A DNA stretch of 64,000 bases from an uncultured Methanosarcinales archaeon (GTDB lineage: Archaea > Nanobdellota > Nanobdellia > Woesearchaeales > BS150m-G63): positions 1 through 64,000 of the forward strand of contig CAZVVW010000005.1 in assembly GCA_964630685.1 (NCBI GenBank). Reading direction: 5' to 3'. Below the pieces are notes generated by a model. That model saw nothing but the letters and a program-made list of their open reading frames with translations, had not been told where the DNA came from and made no database searches. Positions 39,988-53,684 of this stretch are shown here, one piece after another (position 1 is the first letter of the stretch; each line of letters opens with the position of its first letter). Made by a program: the position numbers and the translations under genes.

Positions 39988-41238
39988 ATGGGGGTTTTTG
40001 ATTTTTTGAAGAAGTTTTCTAAGAAAGAAGAAGGGGGTGTTGAGCTTAAGCTGGATGAAATTAGTGATTGGGTAGATTCTCATTTTAAAAAAAATATTGA
40101 AAATGTAGAAACTAAACTAACTGGTATTAGAAAAAATATTGAAAATGAAAAGAAAAAAGTTGATGCAAATCTTAAGGAATTAAAAGAAGCTAAACTTAGA
40201 AACAAAAATGTTCCTGAAAGAGTTGTTCAAATAATTAATGGTAATAGAGAAACTTATATTCAAAAAGTTGGATTGCTTATGAGTGAAGTGATTGTCCCTA
40301 AAGAGTTTGATGAGATAATTGAATTTTGTGAAGATTTTGAGAATGTGATTAACACTTTTAGTAAATCTACTATGAAAGCTTATCAAGTGTTACAAGAATT
40401 TTTTGGAGATAAATCGTTTAGTGTTGCTGAAAGCATAAGAGATACTGATAAGTTGGTTAAAGGGGCGAGGACTGTTCTGAAGAATGCTGATATTGATAAA
40501 TTAGAAGAATTAAAACAAAAAGTTGGTGCTGTTTTGAAAAAGATAAACTCAAAAGGGGAATTAAAAGAGGAAGTACGTTTGGCTAAAAACGAATTGTGTG
40601 AGAAAAATAAAAAATTAGTTGATTTAGAAAAAGAACTTGAGGATATCAAAAAAGGTGGGGATTATAGGTTATTTAATGAATTGGTTGATAAAAAAGAAAA
40701 GTTAAGTAAAAAAAAGAAAGAACTAGAAATGAGGTTATGGCATTCTTTTTCTGTTATTGAAGCGGGATTGAAAAAATATGAAAGAGTCACTTTAGAAAAA
40801 GAGACTGTTAGGAAATATCTGGCTAATTCCCTGATGGCCCTATTAAAAGATACTGAATTAAAAATTGCTGATATTTTAAGTAAAATGGGGGGCGCTATTT
40901 CTGGAGGAGAGGTTGAGTTGAAGGATAAGAAGAAAGAAAAAATATTACATGAACTTGAAGGATTGGGTGCTGATTATTTTAAATCATTTTTGGAAGAGTA
41001 TAACAAGCTTAAATGGGAATTAGATCAATTAAGGGTTAAATTTGAAGAATCCACAGTTATAAAAAATGTTGAAAAATTGAATGTGGCGATTGAGGGTGAT
41101 AAAACTAAAATTGGTTCTATAAAAATTAAAATTAAAAATTCATCTGAAGAAATAAATACTATTGATATTGACAAATTGAAAAAGAAGCTTGAAAAAGAAA
41201 TAAAAGAGACTACAAATAAAATTATTGTTGTTTCTTAA
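39988..41238 (+). CDS. hypothetical coiled-coil protein
   Basis: 416-aa Lys/Glu-rich helical ORF. Confidence 0.75.
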   Translation: MGVFDFLKKFSKKEEGGVELKLDEISDWVDSHFKKNIENVETKLTGIRKNIENEKKKVDANLKELKEAKLRNKNVPERVVQIINGNRETYIQKVGLLMSEVIVPKEFDEIIEFCEDFENVINTFSKSTMKAYQVLQEFFGDKSFSVAESIRDTDKLVKGARTVLKNADIDKLEELKQKVGAVLKKINSKGELKEEVRLAKNELCEKNKKLVDLEKELEDIKKGGDYRLFNELVDKKEKLSKKKKELEMRLWHSFSVIEAGLKKYERVTLEKETVRKYLANSLMALLKDTELKIADILSKMGGAISGGEVELKDKKKEKILHELEGLGADYFKSFLEEYNKLKWELDQLRVKFEESTVIKNVEKLNVAIEGDKTKIGSIKIKIKNSSEEINTIDIDKLKKKLEKEIKETTNKIIVVS

Positions 41239-41288
41239 TTTTGTTTCAGCAAAGTTTAAAAAGAACAAGAAATAATAAAACTTAGTGG

Positions 41289-44042
41289 ATGGGTAAATTG
41301 GCTAAAAAAAATATACTACAATCAATTATTCTTTTTTTAGTAATTGTATTTCTTTTTTCGATCTCCGGGTTAGCAAGATTTTTTACTGATTATCTTTGGT
41401 TTGATGCTTTAGGCTTTTCTCAAATTTTTTTAACTATATTTACGTCTAAAATTATATTGTTTTTTATTGGTGCATTAATTTTTCTTTCTTTCTCTAGTTT
41501 TAATTTGTGGATTGCTTCAAAGCTGAGTAAAATAGAAAAAGGATTTATGTCCTTTAAAGTTAAATCATTGATAGTTTTAATAATTTCTTTTATGGTTGGA
41601 GTTAGTGTTTCTTCTAATTGGATGGCTGTGTTAAAATATATTAACCAATTTCCATTTAACCTAAAAGACCCTATTTTTTTGAAAGATGTTGCTTTCTATG
41701 TTTTTTCCTTGCCTTTGTTTTTAATGGTATGGAAATTCCTTATGATATGTGTTGTTATTACAATCATATTGAGTTTATTATATTACTTGCAATCTATTAA
41801 ATTAGATTTTGGAGTTACTGATATTCATACTGGCCAAGTTAGTGGAAATCCATTAAATGTTAAGAAAATTTTTGATGGATTTAAAAAAAATGCAATGATT
41901 CATTTAAGTGTTCTTGGTTCATTGTTCTTTGTACTTCTTGCAATTAGGCATTATCTTTCTCGATTTTCAATTATGTATTCGCAAGCAGGAATAGTTGTGG
42001 GTGCAGGATATACAGATGTAGTTGCTTATCTTCCTATTGTCAAAATATTAATGATTCTTGCAATTGTTATTGCTGTATTATTTATTGTTTGGGTATTTTA
42101 TTTTTCAAAGAATCCTCAAATCAAAAAAAGACATATCTTAATGTATGGTTTAATTATCTATTTTTTATTTGCATTTGTTGGTTCTGTTTTTATTCCTGGA
42201 CTTGTTCAGTCATTAAAAGTTGAGCCAAACGAAATAAATTTAGAAAAACCATATATTGAAAATAATATAAAATTTACAAGAATTGCTTATGGTTTATCAG
42301 ATGTTGAAGAAAAAGATTTTTCTGTTGAAATGAATTTAGATCCTCAAGTTATTAATAGAGCAACTGGAACTATTGATAATATTAGAATATTAGATTGGAG
42401 ACCTTTAATTCAAACGTATAAACAAACACAAGAAATAAGATTATATTATGATCTTTCTGGAATTGATATTGATAGGTACAATATTGATGGAAAATATACC
42501 CAAGTTATGATAGCTCCAAGAGAGTTAGAACAAGCCCAAATTGCACAAAATGCAAAAACTTGGGTTAATTTACATATGGTTTATTCTCATGGTTTTGGTG
42601 CTGTTATGAGCCCAGTAAATTCAGTAACTTCAGAGGGTTTGCCTAATTTTTTCATAAAAGATATACCTCCTGTTTATACTGTAAATGATAGTGTGTTACG
42701 TATTTCTCAACCCAGAATATATTATGGTGAAAAAGATAATAATTTTGTATTAGTAAATACAAAAACAAATGAATTTGATTATCCAAAAGGAAATAAAAAC
42801 AAATATATTAATTATGATGGTATTGGGGGGGTTGAACTTGATTCATTCTTTAAAAAAGTGTTAATGGCGCTTAGATTTGGAGATATTAAAATCTTATTGT
42901 CTTCTGATATAACTTCTGAAAGTAAAATTATGTTTACGAGAAATATACAACAAAGAATATCTAAAATTACTCCTTTTTTAAAATTAGATAGGGACCCTTA
43001 TTTAGTTGTAGAAGATGAAAGATTAGTTTGGATTCAAGATGCTTATACTGTATCTGGTAATTTCCCTTATTCTGAAAAAAATGGACCTATTAATTATATT
43101 AGAAATTCTGTAAAAATTATTGTTGATGCTTATAACGGAAATATAGATTATTATGTTTCTGATGTAAATGATCCTCTAATTATTACTTATGCTAAGATAT
43201 TCCCTCAGCAATTTAAATCAATAGATAATATGCCAGAAGAGCTTAAAAAACATATTAGATATCCTACAGACCTTTTTAGTATTCAATCTAAAATATACAG
43301 CACATATCACATGGAAGATATATCTGTATTTTATAATAAAGAAGATGCGTGGCAAATTCCTAAAGAAGTTTATGGTGTTGGCCAACAAATAATAGTAGAA
43401 CCTTATTATATGATTATGAAGCTTCCTGGAGAAGTTGAAGAGGAATTTATTTTAATGACTCCTTTTACACCTATTAAAAAAGATAATATGGTTGCTTGGA
43501 TGGCTGCTCGTTCTGACTTCGAGAATTATGGTAAATTAGTGTTATATAAATTCCCAAAAGATAAATTAATTTATGGCCCTTCACAAATAGAAGCCAAATT
43601 TGATCAAGATTCTGAAATTTCTCAGCAGTTAACCTTATGGTCTCAACAAGGTTCTAGAATTACAAGGGGAAATCTTCTTGTTATACCTATAGAAAATAGC
43701 ATACTTTATGTTGAACCTTTATATATTCAGGCAGAAACAGGACAACTTCCTGAATTAAAAAGAGTGTTAATGTCTGATGGTGAAAGAGTTGTGATGGAAA
43801 AAGATATTGGTTCTGCTTTAGTTGCATTATTTGGATATTCAACAAGTAAGGATGTTGGGGTGGATGAATCTCAAGAAGGATCTTATCTTCAAGACTCTAG
43901 TGTCCAGAGTCAAGAAGAATTAATTGAAGAAGCAAATATTTACTATAATTTGATTCTTGATTCAATGAATCAACAAGACTGGTCAGGCATTGGAAATAAT
44001 TTTGATAAACTAGGTGAAGTGTTAGGTAATCTTGCAGAATGA
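41289..44042 (+). CDS. UPF0182 family membrane protein
   Basis: TDYLWF, DPIF..D..FYVFSLP, GAGYTDV, IDIDRY, YSHGFG, NYIRNSVK, LYVEPLY. Confidence 0.93.
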   Translation: MGKLAKKNILQSIILFLVIVFLFSISGLARFFTDYLWFDALGFSQIFLTIFTSKIILFFIGALIFLSFSSFNLWIASKLSKIEKGFMSFKVKSLIVLIISFMVGVSVSSNWMAVLKYINQFPFNLKDPIFLKDVAFYVFSLPLFLMVWKFLMICVVITIILSLLYYLQSIKLDFGVTDIHTGQVSGNPLNVKKIFDGFKKNAMIHLSVLGSLFFVLLAIRHYLSRFSIMYSQAGIVVGAGYTDVVAYLPIVKILMILAIVIAVLFIVWVFYFSKNPQIKKRHILMYGLIIYFLFAFVGSVFIPGLVQSLKVEPNEINLEKPYIENNIKFTRIAYGLSDVEEKDFSVEMNLDPQVINRATGTIDNIRILDWRPLIQTYKQTQEIRLYYDLSGIDIDRYNIDGKYTQVMIAPRELEQAQIAQNAKTWVNLHMVYSHGFGAVMSPVNSVTSEGLPNFFIKDIPPVYTVNDSVLRISQPRIYYGEKDNNFVLVNTKTNEFDYPKGNKNKYINYDGIGGVELDSFFKKVLMALRFGDIKILLSSDITSESKIMFTRNIQQRISKITPFLKLDRDPYLVVEDERLVWIQDAYTVSGNFPYSEKNGPINYIRNSVKIIVDAYNGNIDYYVSDVNDPLIITYAKIFPQQFKSIDNMPEELKKHIRYPTDLFSIQSKIYSTYHMEDISVFYNKEDAWQIPKEVYGVGQQIIVEPYYMIMKLPGEVEEEFILMTPFTPIKKDNMVAWMAARSDFENYGKLVLYKFPKDKLIYGPSQIEAKFDQDSEISQQLTLWSQQGSRITRGNLLVIPIENSILYVEPLYIQAETGQLPELKRVLMSDGERVVMEKDIGSALVALFGYSTSKDVGVDESQEGSYLQDSSVQSQEELIEEANIYYNLILDSMNQQDWSGIGNNFDKLGEVLGNLAE

Positions 44043-44054
44043 GTACTGATTTGA

Positions 44055-45212
44055 TTAATTAAATTTTCTTGAGTTGATTTCTAGTGCTTTTATTGCTGGA
44101 AGTTTTTTTTCTGAAATAAACTCTAATGAAGCCCCTCCACCTGTACTAACATGATAAAACTTTTTTTCAAGTGTTCTTATTGCATTTGCTGTATCCCCTC
44201 CACCAATAATTGTTTTTATTTTTTTAGGGTTTTTTGAGAGAAATTTAGCGATTTGGTTTGTTGAGCTTTTGTAATTTTTATTTTCATAAAAACCCAATGG
44301 CCCGTTCCAGAAAACTGTTTTGGCTTTTTTTAATTCTTTGAGGAAGAGTTTTACTGAATCTGGTCCAATATCATAACCAATAAGATTTTTTGGAATATTA
44401 TTTATCTTAACTGTTTTAAATTTGGTTAGTGAATTTAGTGAGACTTTTACATCTAATGGGAGAATGATTTTATTTGGGTATTTTTTTAAGAGAGCTTTTG
44501 CTGTTCTAAGTTTTGATGTTTCTACTCTTGTGAGTCCAACTTCATATCCTTGTGCTTTTAAAAATGTAAATGCCACTAGTCCCCCTAGAAGAAGTTTATC
44601 TACTCGTTTTAATAGAGCTTTGATTAAATCTATTTTATCTGATAATTTTGCACAACCAAGAATTGCTATGAAAGGTTTTTTTGGTTTTTTTAGATTTAAT
44701 TTTTCTATTTCTTTTTTCATAAGAAATCCTGCGTAACTTGGGAGAAATTTAGTTACTTCATTATTTGATGCGTGCTTTCTGTGTGCTGTACCGAATGCAT
44801 CATTTATATAGATATCTGCGTAGGATGCTAATTTTTTTGCAAATAATTGGTTATTTTCTTTTTCTTGTTTATGGAATCTTAAGTTTTCAAGTAGCACTAT
44901 TTTTGAATTTGGAATTTTTATGTTTATGCAATCTCTTGTTTTCATGAGGTCTTGCTTTAAGAGTTTTTGTAATACTCTTGTAACTTTGGTGAGTTTTAAT
45001 TTGGGAATTATTTTTGCTTTTGGCCTCCCCAAGTGAGACATAATAATTAATTGAGATGGTTTTTTTGAAAGAATGTAATTTATTGTGGGTAATGATTTTT
45101 TTATTCTGCTGTCGTCAGTCATATTTCCTTTTTTATCTAAAGGTACATTGAGATCTAATCTAAGAAGGACTCTTTTGTCTTTTATTTTGGCTTTTGTTAA
45201 GAAATTAATCAT
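44055..45212 (-). CDS. pgk: phosphoglycerate kinase
   Basis: LRLDLNVP, SHLGRP, LENLRF, NDAFGTAHR, STGGGASLE. Confidence 0.96.
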   Translation of the reverse strand: MINFLTKAKIKDKRVLLRLDLNVPLDKKGNMTDDSRIKKSLPTINYILSKKPSQLIIMSHLGRPKAKIIPKLKLTKVTRVLQKLLKQDLMKTRDCINIKIPNSKIVLLENLRFHKQEKENNQLFAKKLASYADIYINDAFGTAHRKHASNNEVTKFLPSYAGFLMKKEIEKLNLKKPKKPFIAILGCAKLSDKIDLIKALLKRVDKLLLGGLVAFTFLKAQGYEVGLTRVETSKLRTAKALLKKYPNKIILPLDVKVSLNSLTKFKTVKINNIPKNLIGYDIGPDSVKLFLKELKKAKTVFWNGPLGFYENKNYKSSTNQIAKFLSKNPKKIKTIIGGGDTANAIRTLEKKFYHVSTGGGASLEFISEKKLPAIKALEINSRKFN

Positions 45213-45213
45213 A

Positions 45214-45279
45214 TTGATTGTTGTTGGTTATTTGTTTGTTATTTGTTAGTTTGTTTGTTAGTTTGTTTGTTATTGGTTA
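45214..45279. repeat. degenerate TTTG/TTAG microsatellite
   Basis: GTTATTTGTTTGTTATTTGTTAGTTTGTTTGTTAGTTTGTTTG in the gap-pgk spacer. Confidence 0.7.
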
Positions 45280-45280
45280 T

Positions 45281-48704
<3,424 letters not shown>

Positions 48705-48743
48705 AATTCACCTCTTTTGTTGAATCTCTTTTTATTTTAAATA

Positions 48744-49280
48744 TTATTGAATATATCTCTTCTTCGCCGAATGAATGCTAAATGCTAATATTCCACCCAT
48801 TATTGCTGTATAAAATTGAAATAAGCCCATTGCTGTTAAAAATACTGTTGGTAGCAAACTTATTTTGACAAATAGATAAGCTATTGAAAATAAAAATGCT
48901 GTTTTAAATGCTGATGCAAATAATAATGTTATCCACTTATTCATTTTTTTCTGTAAATTGAATTTTTTGAATGTGAAAACTAATATTGCGTTTCCAACCC
49001 ATATAAATGGAATCATGTATAATAAAAATATTGTAAAAGGTCCAAAAATTAATCCTTTTGTTAATACAGCTAAACTTGGAAGAACAATAATTGGGATTGT
49101 TTTGTAGATCTTAAAATTTAATGCTGCTAAGATTAATGATGCATTAACTATTGTTCCAACTAGTAGTTGTGGTTGTCCAATTAAGAAAGGAACAAAAAAA
49201 CAAATTACAGAATAAATAACTAATTCAATGTTCTCTTGAAGGTAAGTTAATGGGTATTCTTGAATAAATAAGTATTTCAT
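48744..49280 (-). CDS. membrane protein (ECF S-component-like)
   Basis: QLLVGTIVNA motif, about 5-6 TM helices; divergent from hydC. Confidence 0.6.
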   Translation of the reverse strand: MKYLFIQEYPLTYLQENIELVIYSVICFFVPFLIGQPQLLVGTIVNASLILAALNFKIYKTIPIIVLPSLAVLTKGLIFGPFTIFLLYMIPFIWVGNAILVFTFKKFNLQKKMNKWITLLFASAFKTAFLFSIAYLFVKISLLPTVFLTAMGLFQFYTAIMGGILAFSIHSAKKRYIQ

Positions 49281-49401
49281 ATCTTCTTCTAGGTTGGATG
49301 TATATAAAAAAGTTTCGTAATGTTTCTTTGATTTAGAGTTTAGTAACATTTATATAAATAAGTATAATCTAAATGGATATCTTTTAATAAAAAGGTGACT
49401 G

Positions 49402-49806
49402 ATGGATAAAATCTTAATAAATATTCTAAAAAAGGTCCAAGATAAGTATGGTTATATTTCTGAAAAATCTATGAAAAATATTAGTGTAAAATATAATGTT
49501 CCTTTAGCTAAATTATATGGTGTTGCAACATTTTATGCTATGTTTAAAACTGAAAGGCAAGGAAAAAACGTTATTGAAATCTGTGGAAGTCCGAGTTGTA
49601 TGCTCAATAATGGTCAAAAAATAGAAGATTTTCTGGAAAAAGAATTAAAAATAATGGTTGGTAAAACAACTAAAAATAAAAAATTTTCTTTGTATAAAAC
49701 TTCTTGTATTGGCTGTTGTGATGAAGCTCCTGCAATGTTGCTTAATGGGAAACCTTGTACAAGTCTTACTATTGAAAAAATAAAAAAGATTTTAAAAAAT
49801 TGTTAA
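49402..49806 (+). CDS. hydC: [FeFe]-hydrogenase subunit HydC (NuoE-like, 2Fe-2S)
   Basis: GVATFY, ICGSPSC, CIGCCDEAP. Confidence 0.9.
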   Translation: MDKILINILKKVQDKYGYISEKSMKNISVKYNVPLAKLYGVATFYAMFKTERQGKNVIEICGSPSCMLNNGQKIEDFLEKELKIMVGKTTKNKKFSLYKTSCIGCCDEAPAMLLNGKPCTSLTIEKIKKILKNC

Positions 49807-49884
49807 AAAAATTAAAAAATGCAAACAATAAGATTAAAAATAAATCTTAAAGTTTGCAAATTTAAAAAAATTAAAAAATGCAAA
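49803..49884. repeat. hairpin element between 23-bp direct repeats of the hydB start region
   Basis: TTAAAAAAATTAAAAAATGCAAA at 49803-49825 and 49862-49884; TGCAAAC-AAT-AAGATT-N7-AATCTT-AAA-GTTTGCA. Confidence 0.75.
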
Positions 49885-51002
49885 TAGAATTAAAAACTGA
49901 TCTTATAGCCTTGGAAAAAGCAAAAAAGATGGGTGCCAAAGAAGTGTTGAAATTATTAGATAAAAAAGGAGTGGTAGGTAGGGGAGGTGCTTCTTTTCCA
50001 ACTGGAAGAAAATGGAATATTGCTCTTGAGACTAAATCTGACGAAAAATTTGTGATTTGCAATGCTGATGAGGGAGAACCCGGGACATTCAAAGACAAAC
50101 TGATTATTGAACGAAATGCAGAAACAATGATTGAAGGAATTCTTATAGCTGCTTACACTATTGGTGCAAAAAGATGTTTTATTTATTTGAGGGGAGAATA
50201 TAGGTATTTGAGGAAGGAGTTAGGGAGAAAAATAAATCGTATGGTTAAGAAATCTGGGTTGGATGTTACTATTGATGTGGTAATGGGTGCTGGCGCTTAT
50301 ATTTGTGGTGAAGAAACAGCCATAATCCAATCTATCATGGGCCATAGAGGTCATGCAATGTATAAACCACCATATCCTCCTGTGGAGGGTTTGTGGGGAA
50401 AACCTACTGTAGTTAATAATGTTGAAACATTAACTTGTGTTTCGCAGGCAATATTATTTGATGATTGGGATCCTTCTCTTAGATTGTTTTCTTTATCTGG
50501 GAATGTTAAAAATCCAGGAGTTTATGAATTTCCTCTTGGGATTAAGATGTCTAAAATTTTAGATGTTGTTATACCTCAAAAAGAGATTAAAGCTGTATCT
50601 TTTGGTTGCTTTGGCGGGTTCATGAAAGTTAAGAAAAATATGGAGATTACTCATGAAAATATTTGTAAAAAAGATTGTCAACATGGTGCTTTTAGTATGA
50701 TTTTCATAGATGAAACTAATAATATTGTAGATGTATCTTATACTATTGCCAAATTTTATACTTATGAATCTTGTGGAAAATGCACTCCTTGTAGAGAGGG
50801 GACCATAAGATTATTAGAAAGAATAAAACAGGTAAAAGGGGGAACTGCGACAAAAACGGATTTGGAATTATTGAAAGAATTTGCAGAGCATGTTCAAGAA
50901 ACGAGTTTATGTGGGTTGGGGCAAAGTGCTGGAAATTATATTCTTACTGGATTAAAGTATTTTAAAGAAGATTATATGAAATATATTAAATCTAAAAAAT
51001 GA
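49878..51002 (+). CDS. hydB: [FeFe]-hydrogenase diaphorase subunit HydB (NuoF-like, minimal)
   Basis: GRGGASFPTG, CNADEGEPGTFKD, AYICGEET, ESCGKCTPCREG..SLCGLG. Confidence 0.92.
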   Translation: MQIELKTDLIALEKAKKMGAKEVLKLLDKKGVVGRGGASFPTGRKWNIALETKSDEKFVICNADEGEPGTFKDKLIIERNAETMIEGILIAAYTIGAKRCFIYLRGEYRYLRKELGRKINRMVKKSGLDVTIDVVMGAGAYICGEETAIIQSIMGHRGHAMYKPPYPPVEGLWGKPTVVNNVETLTCVSQAILFDDWDPSLRLFSLSGNVKNPGVYEFPLGIKMSKILDVVIPQKEIKAVSFGCFGGFMKVKKNMEITHENICKKDCQHGAFSMIFIDETNNIVDVSYTIAKFYTYESCGKCTPCREGTIRLLERIKQVKGGTATKTDLELLKEFAEHVQETSLCGLGQSAGNYILTGLKYFKEDYMKYIKSKK

Positions 51003-52666
51003 TAATTAAATTAAATGGTGAGGAAATAGAAGTTGATGAAAAAGATAGTCTTTTAGATATTTGTAAATTTAGGGGGATTTCTATTCCCACTTTGTGTTAC
51101 CATAAAAGTTTATTTCCTGAAGCGAGATGTAGGGTTTGTTTAGTGGAAATGAATGGGAAATTAGTCACTGCTTGTTCTACTTATCCTTTTGAAGGTGTTG
51201 AAATTTTGACTAAATCTGAAAGAGTGATTAAAGCCAGAAAGAGAAATGTTGAATTGATGATGCCAAAAAATATCAGTTGTGATATCCATGACGATTTTGA
51301 AATTTGTGATATATTTCAAGAAGTTGGGCTGAATGAAGAAAGATTTGAATCATTAAAACATTATAAGGCAGATCTAGGGGCGTCTGTTGTTAGAGATAAT
51401 AATAAATGTATTAATTGTGGGAGATGTGTACAGGTGTGTGCTAAAATTCAGGAAGTATATGCCATTGATTTTGTTAGTAGAGGGTTTGAAGAGCACATTG
51501 CACCTTACAATGAAAACCATTTGGCAGATATTGCTTGTATTAAATGTGGACAATGTATTGTTAATTGTCCTGTTGGCGCTATTGCTGAGAGGCCCCATAT
51601 TAAGGAAGTTATTTCTGCTTTGAATAATCCTAAAAAACATGTTGTTGTACAAACAGCTCCAGCTATTAGGGCTACGCTTGGAGAGTTATTTGGGATTGAG
51701 GCTGGAACTCCTGTTACTGGAAAAATGGTTGCTGCTTTGCGTAAATGTGGTTTTGATAAAGTTTTTGATGTTAATTTGGGGGCAGATATAACTATAATGG
51801 AAGAAGCTTCTGAGCTTTTGAAAAGGGTTGAGAAGGGGGGAGTGCTTCCACTTATCACTACTTGCTGTCCTGGGTGGATCTTGATGATGGAACATTTTCA
51901 TCATGAATTAGTTCCAAATATGTCTACGTGTAAGAGCCCCCATGAAATGTTGGGTTCGTTGATTAAAAATTATTATGCTAAAAATAATGGATTGAATCCA
52001 AAAGAGGTTGTTGTTGTAAGTATTATGCCTTGTACTGCTAAGAAATTTGAAAGTACGCGTAAGGAATTGAAAAGTGCTGTTGATTATGTGTTGACAACAA
52101 GAGAGCTTGGAAGATTAATCAAAAAGAAAGAAATTGATTTTAAAAATCTTGATGATGGAAATTTTGATCCTGCATTAGGTATTTCTACGGGTGCTGCAGC
52201 AGTCTTTGGAGCTAGTGGAGGAGTTATGGAAGCTGCTCTGCGAACTGCGTATGAATTTGGAACTGGGAAAATTTTAACAAAAGTTGAGTTTAAACAAATT
52301 AGGGGAATGAGAGGGGTAAAAGAAGGTAAAGTTGACCTTAATGGTACTGAAGTGAAATTTGCTGTTGCTCATGGAGGAACAAATATCCATAAATTATTAG
52401 AGAAAAAAGATGATTATCATTTTATTGAAATGATGGCTTGCCCTGGTGGATGTATAGGTGGTGGTGGCCAACCAATTTATAGAGATCCAGATGTTTTAAG
52501 AAAAAGAATGGAAGCAATATATCAAGTGGATAAAAGTCTGCCTTTGCGAAAATCTCATGAAAATCCAATTGTTAAAAAACTCTATAAAGAATATCTGGGA
52601 AAACCATTGGGTAAAAAATCTGAGAAACTATTGCATACCACATATACTAAGAGAAGTCAGTTTTAG
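50999..52666 (+). CDS. hydA: group A [FeFe]-hydrogenase catalytic subunit HydA
   Basis: H-cluster motifs TTCCPGW, MPCTAKKFE, EMMACPGGCIGGGGQP; 2Fe-2S and two 4Fe-4S motifs; LLHT terminus. Confidence 0.96.
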   Translation: MIIKLNGEEIEVDEKDSLLDICKFRGISIPTLCYHKSLFPEARCRVCLVEMNGKLVTACSTYPFEGVEILTKSERVIKARKRNVELMMPKNISCDIHDDFEICDIFQEVGLNEERFESLKHYKADLGASVVRDNNKCINCGRCVQVCAKIQEVYAIDFVSRGFEEHIAPYNENHLADIACIKCGQCIVNCPVGAIAERPHIKEVISALNNPKKHVVVQTAPAIRATLGELFGIEAGTPVTGKMVAALRKCGFDKVFDVNLGADITIMEEASELLKRVEKGGVLPLITTCCPGWILMMEHFHHELVPNMSTCKSPHEMLGSLIKNYYAKNNGLNPKEVVVVSIMPCTAKKFESTRKELKSAVDYVLTTRELGRLIKKKEIDFKNLDDGNFDPALGISTGAAAVFGASGGVMEAALRTAYEFGTGKILTKVEFKQIRGMRGVKEGKVDLNGTEVKFAVAHGGTNIHKLLEKKDDYHFIEMMACPGGCIGGGGQPIYRDPDVLRKRMEAIYQVDKSLPLRKSHENPIVKKLYKEYLGKPLGKKSEKLLHTTYTKRSQF

Positions 52667-53601
52667 ATAGCTTTTTTTATCTTTGCAACGAAAAATCCTT
52701 CTGTGTCATTATCTTGTGGCCAGATTCTTAGGCATTTTTTTACTTCTTTGTTGTATTTTTTTCCTTCAAATTTTAAAATGGGGGGGCTTCTTTTTATTGG
52801 AAGTTTAATTTCTTGTAATTTTGCGTTTTTGTATTTATCTATGAGAAAGGATACAACTTCTTCGTCTTCTTCTGGTTCTAAGCTACAAGTAGAATAAACA
52901 ATAGTGCCCCCTGGTTTAAGATTATTAAAAGCAGTTTCTAAAAGTTGTTTTTGTGTTCCAGATAATCTTCTTATCATATTTGGGTTCCACATCCTTAATG
53001 TTTTAAGACTTTTTCTTATTGTGCCTGTACCCGAACAAGGTGCATCTACTAATATCCTGTCAAACTGAAACCCTTTAAATCTCCTCCCCTCCATTAATGT
53101 TGTTAGTGTGTTTGTGAGTCCTGTTCTTTGTAAATTTATACCTAAAGGTCTAAGACGCATTCCTTTGTAATCATTAGTTATGAGTATCCCTTTATTTTCC
53201 ATTGTGATTGCTATCTGAGTTGATTTAGAGCCTGGAGAAGCACACATATCAAGAATGGTTTCACCTGGTTGAGGGTTAAGGGCCAAGGGAGGGAGCATTG
53301 ATGCTGCTTCCTGCACATGAAAATATCCTAGCTGATGTTCTTTTAGATTTCCTATATCTCTTCTTTCTTTTTTCTTGTGCTCTATCCAAAATCCTTCTTT
53401 ACACCAAGGAATTTGTGTTAATTCCCATTTTGGGAGTCTTTTTTTTAATTCTGTGGGTGAAATTTTTAATGTGTTTACCCTTAAGCTTCTTCTAAGAAAA
53501 GTCATAGAAATGTCCATGAATTTTTTGTAGTTTTTTCCTACTAATAGTTTATATCTCTCTTCAAATTTTTCTTTTATCTGAATATCTTTTTGATTTATCA
53601 T
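52663..53601 (-). CDS. NOL1/NOP2/RsmB family RNA m5C methyltransferase
   Basis: QEAASM, LDMCASPGSKS, DAPCSGTG, YSTCS. Confidence 0.95.
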   Translation of the reverse strand: MINQKDIQIKEKFEERYKLLVGKNYKKFMDISMTFLRRSLRVNTLKISPTELKKRLPKWELTQIPWCKEGFWIEHKKKERRDIGNLKEHQLGYFHVQEAASMLPPLALNPQPGETILDMCASPGSKSTQIAITMENKGILITNDYKGMRLRPLGINLQRTGLTNTLTTLMEGRRFKGFQFDRILVDAPCSGTGTIRKSLKTLRMWNPNMIRRLSGTQKQLLETAFNNLKPGGTIVYSTCSLEPEEDEEVVSFLIDKYKNAKLQEIKLPIKRSPPILKFEGKKYNKEVKKCLRIWPQDNDTEGFFVAKIKKAI

Positions 53602-53684
53602 AATTTAAGAATATTGAGGTGGTATAAAAAAGTTTTCAAAACATTTATTAATCCATTGGGTTTAATTAAAATTGGGTGATATTT

